Below, in pieces: positions 26,301-41,300 of a DNA stretch of 64,000 nt. Source of the stretch: Ophelia neglecta (taxonomy: Eukaryota); the NCBI GenBank assembly GCA_965285935.1, contig OZ260666.1, positions 64,728,001 to 64,792,000 on the forward strand, read 5' to 3'. Position 1 is the first letter of the stretch. Each line of letters begins with the position of its first letter. Below the pieces are notes generated by a model, which saw only the letters and a program-made list of their open reading frames with translations, had not been told where the DNA came from and searched no databases. The position numbers and the translations under genes were made by a program.

Positions 26301-29300
26301 TTGGTAAGCAATCTGTCAGGGTGTACGATACGCTTTCATGCATTAATAATAATATCCTGGCTAAGGTTCCCATTTTAAGACGAAATGGACGTTAAGAGTG
26401 GCGATTAGGGCGGTCTCGGGTATGACTGATCTATTGTACAATTATTGATTAACCATAAAAAAATTCAAAATAGAACCAAATGTGCTTATGTGTCACAGTT
26501 TTGACCTTGAGGTTGGTAAGAGCCGGTTTAGGATCAGAAGAGAAGCTCTCTGTTTCTCGATGGATCTTTTCCTTGTCTAAGAGCTCGGTCAACTTGCTGT
26601 GAGCCTGAAACAAAGTAAATATATCGTGGTTAAATTCTCATACGCTTTTACCGTGCAAAGCTATTCGTTTATAGATGGAATGTGTAGTCTTAGAAATCAG
26701 TGAGTGTAAATTAGAGTCAGTGTTTAATACACCCTGCTATGACGTACATAAGCGTATCTGGATGACCCACGTGAGGCATCTTGAAATAGCGTCCCCACGC
26801 GCTTCCACTTGAACATGCGCAGCAGTTGTATCCGGGCTGGATTGTAATCCGAGTCACTCGGCACCGTTCGGAAGAAGTTGGGGTAGGCTCTACGGTCTGA
26901 TAAGATTGGATTTGTATCTGCATAGGACAGCTGGTGCGAAAAAAGACGAGTACACAGTCAGTATCGCCAACTGGCAAATATATAAAAAACAGATGGAAAT
27001 TTGCCGCCCTTTTGATTGTACCGTGAAACTACACTTTAAAGTGGGAGGCGAAAATTATCAAAGCATGTCTATAGAATCCTTTTATGATTGGTGATAAATG
27101 CATATTATGAAGACGATCTTGGATATTCCGACCGACACCCTGTTTAGAGTCGACTTATGACCACCCCTTGATGCCGCGCGAAATCGTTCGTGGTTTATAG
27201 TACGCCAGAATATATATTTTTGCTATTCCAATGTTATGTTTAATACTTCGACATAACCTCCCAGATCACCATTAAACACCAGAACACCAGGCTTTAAGAA
27301 AAACTATAATATATAGCTGTGAAGCAATATTGACAATCTTACCTGCCATATGTTCCACCATATTGCGCTCTCGGCGATAGGTGTGGTCACGTGACTACAG
27401 GCGTCCCCGAAGAGCATGACCTTCGGTGGGTCTTCGTGCATCATGTCAAAAAACAACTTGGTGCCCACTGCCATATCACACTGAAAAAAAATCATCCTTA
27501 GGGAAATTCGGTAGTGGCATTAAATTAGGTGAAGTTTAACTTAATTTTATAAACGCAGTTTCTTTGTTATTTTAGATTGTCTGACTCCAAGACAATCATT
27601 TTGTTATTGAGATGGAGCAATTTGTTTTCATCAGTGTAACAGCAATGCGACTAGGTTATTTTCCTATTTGAGGAAATTAAGAATTATATCCGTCTGCCAG
27701 TGAATATGAGTGAGACACAATTACGACAAACTGAAAAAAGTGTATTGTGAGGGTGAGAGATGAAGTGTATGTTCTGAAAGTGAGAAATTGCGTGTTCTCA
27801 GAGTGAGAGATGAAGTGTAAATTCTGAAAGTGAGAGATGGAGGGTTCTTAGAGTGGAGAGAAGTCGTTCTGAGAGTAAGAGATGAAGGGTATATTCTGAA
27901 AGTGAGAGATGAAGGGTTCTGAAAGTGAGAGATGAACCGTTTTTAGTATTCGTGTTTGTCCTCGAAAATTAATGCACCTCAAGGTTAATATCTTTTTGTA
28001 ACCAATACCAGCTTCAAACTTCGACTGCAGGCACCATCAGGCGCACAATGTGATTTGTTTTTTAATAAGCATTTCTTAATGTGCTCAAGGCATCCACTGC
28101 TATGAAAGTATGCGCCTCAGTCACGTGTTTTAGTTATTTCAGCTCTTACCAATCGACGGAAGTAGCAAAGTCGGAGGATTAATTTTAGCGATAGATGGTG
28201 TTTTCATTGCTTGGTTCCACCACTGAAATCAGGTCAATCAAATACAAAATCGGCCAATTCCAAAGTGGAATTGGTAAATCCACGGAGTATCGAACATGTG
28301 CCGATAGTTTAGTTTTCTTAAATAGACATTATGAAATGGTTACACTTATCAGTTATTCATGATACTTTCTTACTGCCTCTCAGTGCCAATATGAAATTTG
28401 TTTGGCATCCCTAAATAAATCGCAAGTCTTCGTTGAACTTAGAGAATGTTTCCGCGGACAATGCCAAGAAGTCCTCCCGACCTCGAGTCAGACTTTGAGG
28501 ATGAGAAGAAGGAAAAATCCGATGGGGGGAGAGGGGGGGGGGGGCATTCCAAATGTCGGAAGTGGGGTTCTACCAGCGCATCATTTATATTTTAGTTGTA
28601 CCACTCCTTTCAAATTTCTTGACCGATTCCGTCATCAGGGAACCTGATAAAACTAAATAACCACGTCGACATAAATATGTCATGAACATTCAATGTACAT
28701 TAACTGGATAATATGTTCATAAAAAGGGACAAGGGAGTGCGGAGAAACGATCTTGGAAACTATAGGAACATTCCTTAAATATTTAGGCTTCGGCTTGCAT
28801 TGGCAAGTGCATGTGTTTTCGCCGGTGCCGTTTCTGATGCTCTGTAGGAGCTGCCATGGCGTGTCGGTCGTGAATCACGACAACAACCCTATAAGTCAGT
28901 TACTCCATGAAAAATGCCGCAATCAACTTTGATATACGCCAGGCTTCAGAAAAACGTTGGCAGAGTGACAATTTTCCCTGAAAAATGACTGCTCCCTGCG
29001 GTATTACTCTAAAACATGGCTCTTCCCCGCGGAATTAATCCGACAGTTTAGCCTTTATATCACTGAGCGATAAAACAGGCTTAGGATGGCTCGTCTGTAG
29101 TCCTCAGCAGACTTTCGTCTTTGAGCCCATTGTGTTCTTTTTGCGAGGTATATCGTTTGTGTATACGTATCAACCGTGTTTTCAATGCATGTTCTAACGG
29201 CGGGAACACCATTTTGCCCGATGGATATGTAGTCTGTAGATTATCAACGTTAAATTTGCTTGAATGTAGTATTACAAGTTTTAATTTGTTATTGGACATT

Positions 29301-32300
29301 TGACCATTCTATCAGCACAAGCTGGAACCACTAAACTAGTTTGGTTGTTCCAGGCACAAGTCACGATCAAAAGACCTACATATACTAAATCACACTAATT
29401 TTCGGGCAAAATGGGTACGAACAACACCTCGTGATCAGTCCGGGAGGGGGGGGGGCTCAAACGAGCTTATTTATATAGTCCAGTACTGTCCGCCAGAAAT
29501 GCCTTAGTTCTGCAGAGTCAATATTGTTTTTCGTTACAATATATTACTGAAGTAGAAGTGAGTGCGTTGCGTGGAGATTGAATCTACTGCCTCAGCACAC
29601 GAACCTGGGAATTATTAATTGCAAATTGTATTGACAGACAATGATATTGCCTATAATATAATTCCAATTATCTCCCTATCGGTGTTTGCTTGGCCGGAAG
29701 CTTACTGTCTTTGGGATTGTCATTTGGTGCATTCAAATAAAATGGTGATTGTGTTTACCCATATTGATGCGATCGTGCTAACAAAATGGCTATTTGCCTC
29801 AGCATTCCAGGCCTAACCAGTCACTGAAATTCGATGTAATCAATAATTTTCGTCCCATTATAGCGGATCACGGGCTAAACAATGATGTGTAAATCTCATC
29901 CATTAAACTACAATAGCCTAACACCCAAGTCCTTTGAAATTAATGCACCGAATTAGTTATTGGTTTGGAGAACTCTGTTTTATTATTCCCGAACCATTCA
30001 CGCACACAATCCCCATTTTCACCATCCCCCCCCCCCCTCATAACCACCCGAAAAAAACCCACCGTGCTCCTTTGGGCATTTCTAATACTGTCTTTATGTC
30101 CTGCAGTACGAGACGAAAGGTGGAATCAATTCACCTCACTTTCTAATCATAGTGTTAAGTCAGGAGCACCCGCTGGTTGAGAGATATTGAAATTGACAAT
30201 AGTGTTTAAAATAATAAAGGTACAAGTAAAAAGCCTTGAGGTTCTGGTGGGGTCATCAGTCTAGTGAGCATAGGCCTACTGTACTTCGTTCTTCTCGTCC
30301 GTCAACGGCCTCCCCAGTGACACACCGCTGTCACCATGATCTATTCTATCGGCCTCGGGAGAACGATGCCATTATTTCAAATTTGCTAATCCCAGTGTGA
30401 CAATAAATCATTGACATTCATCCCGTGTAGAGTGTTATCATGTTTGGCGTGACCTTGCCTTGGTGCTGCAACAAAATATGACAATGCTTCATTTGTTAGT
30501 GTACAAGCTAATGGTACTCTGGTGTAATTGGCATTGAGAGCGACTCGTTTGGGACACAATAGACGGGGAATCTGCACCTCGTATTCAGGTTAGACCCACA
30601 GCCTGGAACATTGTCTGATCTGTTCTAGAGTCAACGAGGTCAGACTCTTTTTAGCAGTTGCCATACTCAGCATTTGCTCATATCGTGTTGGGCCAAACAT
30701 ATATTGTGTCCTGACGCCTTATTGGTCGCAAAGATCACGTGAGTTAAAAATGACACCCGGCGTCGCAAATTTATTGTCATTTCTCACCGCAACACTGCAG
30801 GGTCATTTGCTTCCAAATTCACGAGAAACTTTCTGCAAATATGACAATTATTCTATAGGGAAAAAGGCAAAGTTGTCAATAAGCTTCTCCACTCGGCATC
30901 GCCAAATTAATTGCCATTTTTCGCAGAAACAATTGTCATATGCTAAAAATGCAATCCTCAACAATAATTGTCATTGGTTTCTAAAAACCATTATTGACTG
31001 ATCGTCGTTCTTTACCATTCTACAAGCAACAACATATTGTTTTTGGCTTACACAGTTTATAACCCATCCAACAGCCGGTTGAAAGTCCTAACAGTATAAT
31101 AGCCCCCCCCCCCCCCCCTGACTGACATCGAAAATTGTTTTGCTGGCAATGCTTTCGCCACAGCTGTCGTTTTCGCAGTTTTAGCTAAGCCATCGTCTAT
31201 TTCTGCAACTACTTCTTACCACTTACTACCTCTTGAATATGGTTAATCGGCTTCGCAATCTCTAAACAATTAGGTTTTTGTATCAAGGTCTGTCCCATAA
31301 GATACAATGCCACTGCTTTACATGAAAACACAACAAAGAAATAAACTCGTGATGCAATGTTCCTTGAAATGTTTTCAAGAATACATAGCACATTTGCATT
31401 GCAACGACATGGGAGCTTGGGGAATACGGTAAAAAGTGAACTTCTGAAATGTCCATAGCTTAGCCGTTTATTAACTGATTACCACTAATTGTTTTCGCGG
31501 GCCGTTTGAAATATTAATAAAGTCGTTTATGACTAATTTATGCGAAATTGCGGTGCGATTGAAGCCTGTCTGCATAGTCTGTATTAAAACCTTCGTTACT
31601 GTGTATCACCACATTGAACATGTACATCCTTGATCTCACAGCCATTTGTTCATTTGAAATGTTTCTGCCCCTCATTTGCATGGAGTGTCACAAGTTAATA
31701 CTTATCTAGTTATCTTTACTAAGCTTCGCTGAAGTTTGGCACTGAACAGCTAGTTATAATATTATACTATAACAGGACTAACAGCTCAAAGCGATGCAAT
31801 TATATCAATACAAATTCCACTGAGACAAATTATGATTTTAGTACAACGTGTTCATATTATTTGCGCCAAGCTATCAATGAACATAGTTGAATTGGTAATG
31901 AAAGAACACAATCGTCAAACGCAGATAAAGTCCTCGTTCGGCAGGAAAATGACCGTCATACCTCAGACTGTCGCGGCGTCCTTAACGTTAAATACTACTT
32001 ATGCATAAAACCACCAGTTCATCGCCCGGAGACCTGACCCTGGCAGTTTATAGCAATCATCGCGGTTTCTCATGTAATCAACCATTGGTAATGTTCCTGC
32101 TACACGCCCAAGTCCCAAACATATAGTCGAATTCATTGAAGAAATTGCCTGTCGGCCAGCCTATTCCTATCGGATGGCCTAATCTAGTTGGTTCCTGCTG
32201 TAGTTTCCCAATGTGACATTTTACTAGGCCTATGTCGTAAAACTGTAAAGTTAGGCACTAAAGACAAATCTACCAGACCTTTACCAACGGTAAAAGGACG

Positions 32301-35300
32301 TTTAGCCGTTTCTTTATCATGGTCATTGAAAAGATTTTGGGACGTAAGTGGAAGATTAAAAAAGAACAATAAGGCCCCATATACATTATAGGTTAATCTA
32401 AACTACAATAAAGCCCCATATACATTTATTTATAGGTTAATCTGCGTCATTCTGGGACATTCGGTAATAATGTGTTAACACATTTGCAGTGCTGTGTACA
32501 CTTTTCCAATTAAACACCAACCTGCAAAATGACCACCTCTTATAGTCTGGATCATCCTGCTATCAATGGCTGTCCGCCAGAGCACCCACCCACCATCCAA
32601 TGGAGGAGTAGAGACAGTAAACAAGAGTATGAACAATGAGCGGGAATACAGGATGTATGGGTGGGAGGGGGGGTGGGGGGGGGGGGGTGGTGGTCCTATA
32701 CGTATTCCTGTTTTAAAGTGATAGGTAAAACATTTAATGCATCATACAATTGTGAGGAATATTATGGATGTATTTGTATGCTGACTGGTTGCTCCAATAC
32801 AGGGTGACTGTTAATAAGTGCCGATATGATTGATTTTCCAATAACCAGTATTTAACCCTATAAAGGCAATGACCATGTTTTAAAAACCCATCCGAACCCT
32901 ATAGTAGTATGACACAATATCAATACCTGGTTGGTATTGTTGGCCTTTGAGATAGAGAAATTACTCCTTTAATTGACATCCGATTTGTCTTTCTTTCCGT
33001 AACTTGTTTTCTCTGAAGGTAATGTGATAGATGATTAATATCTTTTTCCTTTACATACATTTGTGGTGTGATAGTAGACAAACATAAGGTACTCCATGGT
33101 AAACAGCCAACTTCTGTCCGCTGTTGACTGTTGGCAATGCTAATACAATGGCAATGCTAATACAATGGCAATGCTAATACAATGGCAACATAACGATATC
33201 GAACAAAAGCTATTTAACATCGCTATGACACCCCGATAAAACATGTAGAGTGACAGGAAGCTATATTACATATGTCTTAGCTATTAGACAAAGTGTCCTT
33301 TTAAAGGTATTATTTCCCACTCTCGTCTTCCCTGCGGACAACAGAAACACAAGTAAAGTCCAGGGCCATCGAATGGTATCTGAGACAATGTACAAACGAC
33401 TACAGCTTAAATATACCCAGCTGCACCCCGTATCATAAGAGTCACCACCAATGAAACCACTGTTTATGTCAGTTTTACAAAATTTAGAATATTTCCCAAA
33501 TAGTAACATGAGATACAAGTATGAGAAGCACGTATTCTTGCTCAATGGGCGGTGCGGAATCGAATCCACCGCTTGTTCCGGAGTATTCAGCGGCGAAAGT
33601 CAACAGACATCAATTCTTCTGTTTTCGATAGAAACAAAGACATAAATGGAGACTTGATTCCGAATTTCAATTCAAGTCAGCCCTCATTCGGCAACAAATC
33701 TCCCTGTCAGACTATACATTCCAGCCAGCCCTTTCTGGCTCCTGCCCGTAAGTATTTGTGTGGAAAGTGCCGGAAGTAATGTAAGCTATATAGACTTGCC
33801 AGTCACACACACTTCCAATTCCTTGGTCAATCAATGCCAATTTGAAAGGCATAGTTATGCAGCAGAAAAAATCGCGTGCAAATGAAAGTGACTTATTTAT
33901 TCTTACAAGACACATTGCGTAAACAATATTAATCACAGTGACCACAAGATAGCCTGCATCCATTTGCCGTTATTAAACGCTTGGGTAAGGATGGAAAATA
34001 CTAATTTTTTTTTCATGAAACTACTTAAAGCACGCTTTAAGATTGCGATTGGAATTCAGTACAAAATGAGACCGACTCCCATTCAGAATGTTATATGTCA
34101 GCTGGATATACATGTAAAAGGTAAAAGGATATTCAGTCGACGGGAAAGATTCCTTAAGAGTTCCAACAGGAAGTTAAACAGAATATGTGTTGATACGCTT
34201 ACGTTGAGCATTTTGTCGAAGTTCCCTACATGCCAGTACCCGATAACCCTGGATAATAGTAAGAGTAGCATACCCCTATGACTTTAACCCTGAAAAGAGT
34301 TATCACCTGTAGTTGCCAAATGTAGCCGGACTCAACACGTCTATAAAACAAAAGTGGCGAACAAGGACACATTGCTTTTATGAAGTGGCATCAAGACACA
34401 TGCAATCATGCATTTTCAACATAAATGCATAAGCCGGAATATAACACATGGAAAGTTATGTTTTCCTAACTGGACACTAAACGAATTTCGTCATGATAAA
34501 AAAGTGTATTTGTGCCATTCTCTCCAGGCAGACAGGTTGTGCTGTTCAGGCCGCTGACAATAAAAAGAAGGCCCTACATAACAATGTAGGTCATCCACCA
34601 AACACTGAGAACATCCCAGTGTACAACGGGGCAGATCACACACACAATGCGGCAGCAGAGTAGATATATGTGTACAACAAGCACCACCAGAATCTACGGA
34701 AGCATGGAAGGGACATTGGTGTGTCAAAAAAAAATTCCCATTATTTCGTTCACTCGAAATAATATTTCGTTCCCTCGAAATAATATTTCGTTCCCTCGAA
34801 ATAATTATTTCGTTCCCTCGAAATAACATTTCGTTCCCTCGAAATAATTTTTCGTTCCCTCGAAATAACATTTCGTTCCCTCGAAATAATTATTTCGTTC
34901 CCTCGAAATAACAACCACGAACAAACCATAACCATAGTTATGTTATTACTGGGGCGAGGGCGGTTAAGGTGTCAGGGAATGTCCCTTCCATGCTTCCGTA
35001 AGAATCTACACATGTAATGCATTAGATTTACCTTTGTCAGTGCAACACTGAACTGAAGGTGTGCAATCATGGATAGTAATTCAATAAGTTTGCAGGGCAG
35101 AGTGCCATCGACCGGGACACCATGATCGCACACTGTCATATATTTGCTCCAAAATTTCACTTCACCAGTGACCACTATACAGAAAATGGCGCTTGTCGTA
35201 AAACTTGTGAGTGTAATTTACTTTTGATTCATTGTAGTTAATTGATCTCGGTGAAGAATGAAATTAGTACAGTGTCATTAACATCCATTTCTTATGCATA

Positions 35301-38300
35301 ACTCATGTAAGGCCCATTCAGCTTTATGCAACTTGTACAGTTGTGTTGCGTAGACGAACAGAACTGTCCAACCCAGAAAAAAGAGATACATCTGACCTAA
35401 CTGGTATTTTGTTTACCTTCCTGGTTCCAGTAACACAAATAATAATTGTTTTGCCAACAATGTTTATGCATTGCCTTTTGATTTGAGTCCATGAAAAAGC
35501 TATGGCATTAATAGATGGCAGACATAATGGGCTAATTATAATAAGCTCAAATGTCTTTTTTTCATTTCAATTTGCGAGTGATCTGGCCGTCAAAACTCCT
35601 TGGCTGTTGCATTATCTTTGTTTAATAAACAGATGTCCCTGCGGTGGTCAGCCTCGTTGTGGGTCAATAACTGTTGCCAGTTATCTTCCATCAAATTTCA
35701 TTTCCAACTTAGGCTTGGAGGTCGGGTTACTTGGCTACGGGTGTGGTGTGGAACCGGAGATAAATAAATACCACACATATGATGTTATGAAACTATAACA
35801 GTAGTTACAATGCTTATAGTAATTGGAATTATTCAGTTAACAACACATTCCACGCACTTGGACCGTTTACTTTTCCGTTCCTTATTAATTCAACCCCACA
35901 AACCCCTACCGCTTTCTTCGGTTTGCCATAACCCAGTCGGCGACAATACCGAAATGAGGCATATTGTGTACTCTCTAGTGTCAGTGATAGGATCCATACA
36001 ATCGAGTAAAGCCACTCCCAGAACTGTACAGGGACTTACGAACAAATGAGTACAGTAAACAAGAAATGTTTGTTAGTCAACAATGCCTGGTAGTTGTAGG
36101 CAAACAATTAACTGCCCTGGCCGTGTCTGCCTAGACCATGTCACTTATCGAGTGGGCCATATTGTTGTACATGCAATCGATCGGTCTAGATATTGTAAGG
36201 TCGTCAATAACACGACGGAAAGCAAATATTATCGGAAGAAGGGCTACATACTATGTGAAGAGCAGCATCAGCGGTCTTTCGTAAGGCCTTAAGCTTTATT
36301 ATTGGAATAATATTTAATCAAAGAGGAATAAATAAAAAACTGGAATAATACAACTGAAGCGAAGGATAATAGGGACATTGAAAGCAGTGACAGTGGGTGT
36401 GATGGTAGGACAGTGACACTGGCTATTGAGACGATAATGACACGGTTTGAGTTCAGTTGATTGCTACTACCTGCAAAAATTGATTGCAGGTTCAAATAAC
36501 TTTTTAAAAGATGCTCAAATATTTATACTAGAATCCAAACATATTCTTTGAAAAATAATGCATAAAAATGAGTTTGCCTACAAATTAAGATTGAGATATA
36601 TCTAAAGCGTAACATCAAATCAATATAATGATGCTACATGAAATACAAAGATATATGCACGTTTAGGATTATTGTATTATTGGCATTAGCCAAATGGGCC
36701 AACGTCATTTTAAAACGTATTCATAAAGGTGAAGAAAGTTCATTAGTTCAATTATGTACATATAGTTTTAAATCTAGACAACTTATCTTGTTTGTCGATT
36801 AGTGATCCAATCCCGTCTTAACCTTAGATCTGCGTATGCACTATCACCCTCAAACCCTGCCATATATGTAATTAATAACTGTTTTTGTGAGCCATTGAAG
36901 GTTATTTAGGTTAGTGTGTGGCCGAGGTTAGTGTGAGTTAAAAGCCAATGCTCCCATCACTGCCACCCTAACATCAATGTCGTCTGCAGTACTGTAGACT
37001 ACTTCTATGACATAAATGGTTCAGACACGTGTTGTTTTACGCATATACTCTATAATATCTCACCGAGTACAATAATCAGTTATACTGTCTGGTAAGTGGA
37101 AATTCAAGCCACCTTAAGGCAGCTAATCACAGTCACTGGAAACGGGCAATACAGGTATTGTGGTAAATCGAATAAGCAGTGGCAAATCATCAAGCTGTTT
37201 CTTGTCGCAAGATATATTCAGTTAAGCCAGACCTAAAATCTATACAATTGGGGTGTCACGGAAAGTGAAACAATCAATTCTATTTTTAAATGAGAGAAAC
37301 AACGAATATCCTCGAAAGTCATCGTGATACTTATCTTGTAGATGGACCCCGATGAAAACGTACGGAATACATTTGATTGACGTATGCCCCACCATCAAAC
37401 GCTCGAAGTTTAATGGCGCTAGAAAAATTCTTTTATTCTTTCTCATTCAGTTTTGTTTGCAAAAGGGAAGGATACCAGTGTCCAAATCAATGACTTTGTC
37501 ATATTTAACGTGAAGATACTTCTCACTTCTTAGAGCATTAAAATGCCCATACTTAAAATGGCAGTGTCAAAACCATTGTTCAATCATATTATATTGTTAT
37601 AATAGCCAGCCTACATTAATGTGGAACATATCAAATTCCTGGTTCAGCAAACACTAATAAGAAGCTATCTTCTTAGATTTTTCTAATCTGTGTTTTGTAA
37701 AAGATGAATTGTCTTCTCTGCTAGTGTAACATATATTGGAATTGGGCGGATGTTGCCTTTACCGTAGTTATTTCCTCTAAACCCTCTGTTTTTTTACTTT
37801 GAACGGTAATATTGCATGTAGGCGACTGTCTCAATATTGTTAATTCTAAGGTATCCTAGAATAGGGTATAAATAATAGGTATGCTGAGGAACTATTTAGG
37901 GCCACATGATATCTGCAAGTAAAAATCAGACATATGCGAAAGTCTCTTCACGGATGTCACCTCATTAAGGAGAATATTTAGCCGACTGTCGGAAATGAAA
38001 AATGATAGGAATCACGCATGTGTTCATTGCAACGCATCATCTTCAGGTTGCGTTGTGTTATGGCTGGGCCTTATGGCCCGGAATCAAAGTGACTTATGTG
38101 TTTTTTTTATTAAAGGAAGTGATTGTTGTAATAAATTGACTGGAATTCACATTCGTCAATAAATGACATTCGTCCAATATCACATGTAGTATCAGGAGTA
38201 TATTTCACACGACTACTACAAAGAGTTCATAAGAATTCAGTTAATCATACAGTGCAGGTTTCAGGCTTCTGAGAACACGTTCTGATTACAGTTCTGAATA

Positions 38301-41300
38301 GCAATGTTGGTGTCTAAATGAAATACATGTAAGAGCTATACGCCCTATGCTTGGTATTTATTACAATAAGATGTTATTTTGAAAATACCTTCTTTTTTTA
38401 AGTACAGAAACACTTTATACACAGGCTTTTCAGTATTTAGTTATCAACATAAACTCAAAGAAAAATGATACATAAGAGGGTATAAGATATTAAATATGTG
38501 TAGATCACGGTTTTGAACTCGTATATCGTGAAGTCAGTCGCGTATTGCCCGGTGTGTTATGCTTCAAGGTCAGTTAGAACATCCAAATGATACTTCTATT
38601 GTAATGCCTTTAATGACGAGCATACGAAAAGAAGTTTCACTGGCAGCTTGGATACTGAACGAAAGGTGCAAGAACATGATAGAAAGCGGTCACATAATAA
38701 CCTTTAATAATGCCCACACAATATCTGGCTTGTTTGTAGTGAGAACACTACCACAGTGTCAGGTACAACGATACAGTGACTGCTACATATACGCGAAGGC
38801 GACTTTTTTTGCGGCTTGCAATTTTTGATAACCTGCCTGAAACGCTCTGAATTCGTGTCAGGTAGAAATGGTGATTGGCCTCTAAGCCAGGTGGGGCCCT
38901 TCGTAGGCAGAGAAAAAAGTTTACCAACAAAACCCCTGTAGTAAAAAATATTTTTGAGATGACCATTTTAAGGATTACACTAACTTAACACCACCGAGTA
39001 CCGCGTAAGTGACAAAATGAAAACCGTGCAGATGAAGTTTTGTTCAATATTAACAGCGATGAGCAAGGCAGCCTTCGGGATTGAATACCTATATTATATT
39101 AAACTCCTTAACTTATTACCGGCACTTTACCAAGCTTGTGGCTTGACCTAGAGCACTCATTGGTGACACCGGCTGAGGCGACCCGCCGGACCACCAACTT
39201 GAAGACACATACTATCGACAAACTGGATTGTCTCTCACCTGAGTATCGTTCCAAATGATTTCCAGTCGGTGTTTTTTAAGTATCATCGGGTTCTGGTTGA
39301 CGTGGTGTCGGGCTAGTTCCACAGCGGGTAGCACCCCCGGGCCAATCACCTCCTGAACAATATTATCACGGAGGGTCAGGGAAAACAATCCCGCGAGGTA
39401 CAGCGTGTTTCCTCCGACCTTCAAGAAGGACGCGTATAGAGGAACCAGCCACCGAGTGTACATGGTCGGAAAACATAAGAAGAACCTGACAAAAAGCAGA
39501 AGGAAGTCGAGTCTATCTGAGTAAAGACTGAGAAACTGGGCACGTCGGGCGCTAAATTTGCCGGCGATTCATTGCAGCACGAGTGAGTTGGTTTCGTCAA
39601 TACGACTAATAGTGGCTATCCGGCCGCACGGCTGCGCTCCGCATTGATCCGGTGGCAGTCGGCTCTTGGAAGCAGACAGGCGAACGAGCGAACTGAGGCT
39701 GTCGGCACCAGTACTGGCGACCGCGCCTTCCGCCGTCGATATTCAGTCCCTCTAACACTTCTCATACTAATAATGCGACCTGTACAAACCAAAATCCACC
39801 CGTATTCGTCGATATATTATAAAATAAACTACCCTAGTTGAAGCAACCATCATATCCTCCTCACCTCAAATGTTACATTGATGCACCATTAATGCCAAAA
39901 TAGCACACCTTGACATTTTACTGATTCTTTCTACTTCAAAGGAATATTAAATTTGTTTTAAAAAATCTGTCTGTTTAACAAATTTCGATAGCCCCCGATT
40001 ATATTGAACGTAATCGCGAACATTTTTCTCCGCAGTTAAAACAAATTTAATACCCTCCTACTGTCTGTTATTCTTCATATTAAATCTTAAAGCACTTTTA
40101 CACATTCGCGCCACATTGTCCACCAAGGGTCTGAGGTACAAATGTCGATAGAATCCGACTAAAAAAAAACTTAATAGGAAAATGACAGACGTTTTCAGCG
40201 CTCAATGAAATAAAATAAGATAAGCAAGATCTACAATATCATGGTGTGTTACTATTATCATGGACTTTATTATTGATGTCAGACGATTGTGGCGGCTTCT
40301 GTCCAATCTGTTCATACATACAGCCTTTATTGCTTGATGTTGAATACAGGCGCCGAGGCGTCGCCCTCATAACCAGTACAAGGAGAACCCGAAAACCGAG
40401 CATGACAAACATTAGGCCTTTATATAATAGGCATCATTATGTATGGAGTTTTTTGTCGAAGCATAAGAAAAGTAATCTCTTCGTGATCTTATCTAAAAAT
40501 GGAGCAATGTTTCCGTGTTCTGTCTTTTGAATTAACGATCAACATTTGAATTGGAGACATATGCTTTGTCGAATGTAGTTTATTCAGCCGTTTTTCCAAT
40601 GATGCAAATGAATTTTTCGACGAAACTATACAATATCCTAGATAAGGTTATCACGAGGTCATCTCGGTCCTCGTGGCCCATCGCAGAAGGAGACACTGCT
40701 TTGTTGTGTTCGTTTTTGTTTGTCTTGAAGGACTGTTAGTTATTCCTAGGACCAGTTTCCTCAACCAGACGGCATGTTTCCCCGCTTTTCTATAGAGGCA
40801 GCTGTCTCCTTAGGGTCCATTTCACAAATAGATTTGAGATTCTCCGCCTATTTAATCTAGTCTGTGGGGAACCCGTCCTGTGCCTCTAAGGAAGCCCAAA
40901 AAGTATTCAAGTATTTATCGCGTTGAATGTGTGCAAAAACACCCTCGATCGACTGTTTTTGTTAGCTAGTTCGTTGGATGATAGAAGAGGGCCAAGCTGG
41001 AAACAGATCGCATACAATCCTACGGTCGCCTGCTATGTCTCGCCCACTTGAGTTCTTTATAACAGCAGAAACTCGTCACATGTAGAACTGCAAAAAAAAA
41101 ACACACACAAAAAACTGTTTGGAGGAAGAAACCAGAAATCAAATTGCACGTGACGTCACTTCCTCTGAGGCTACGCAATGGGGCTACCTCATTAAACAGC
41201 CGCTTATCAAGGTATTGGCTGTAGGTCTAATAATCATTTCCCCATAAACAAACAGAAGTCCGTCACAAAATATGAAAAAGTATGCTTCGATGAGAGAAAT

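Noticed and set aside
34491-34935. ORFs with ISRERN/LFRGNE repeats
   Set aside because: By-product of the 20-21-bp tandem repeat.
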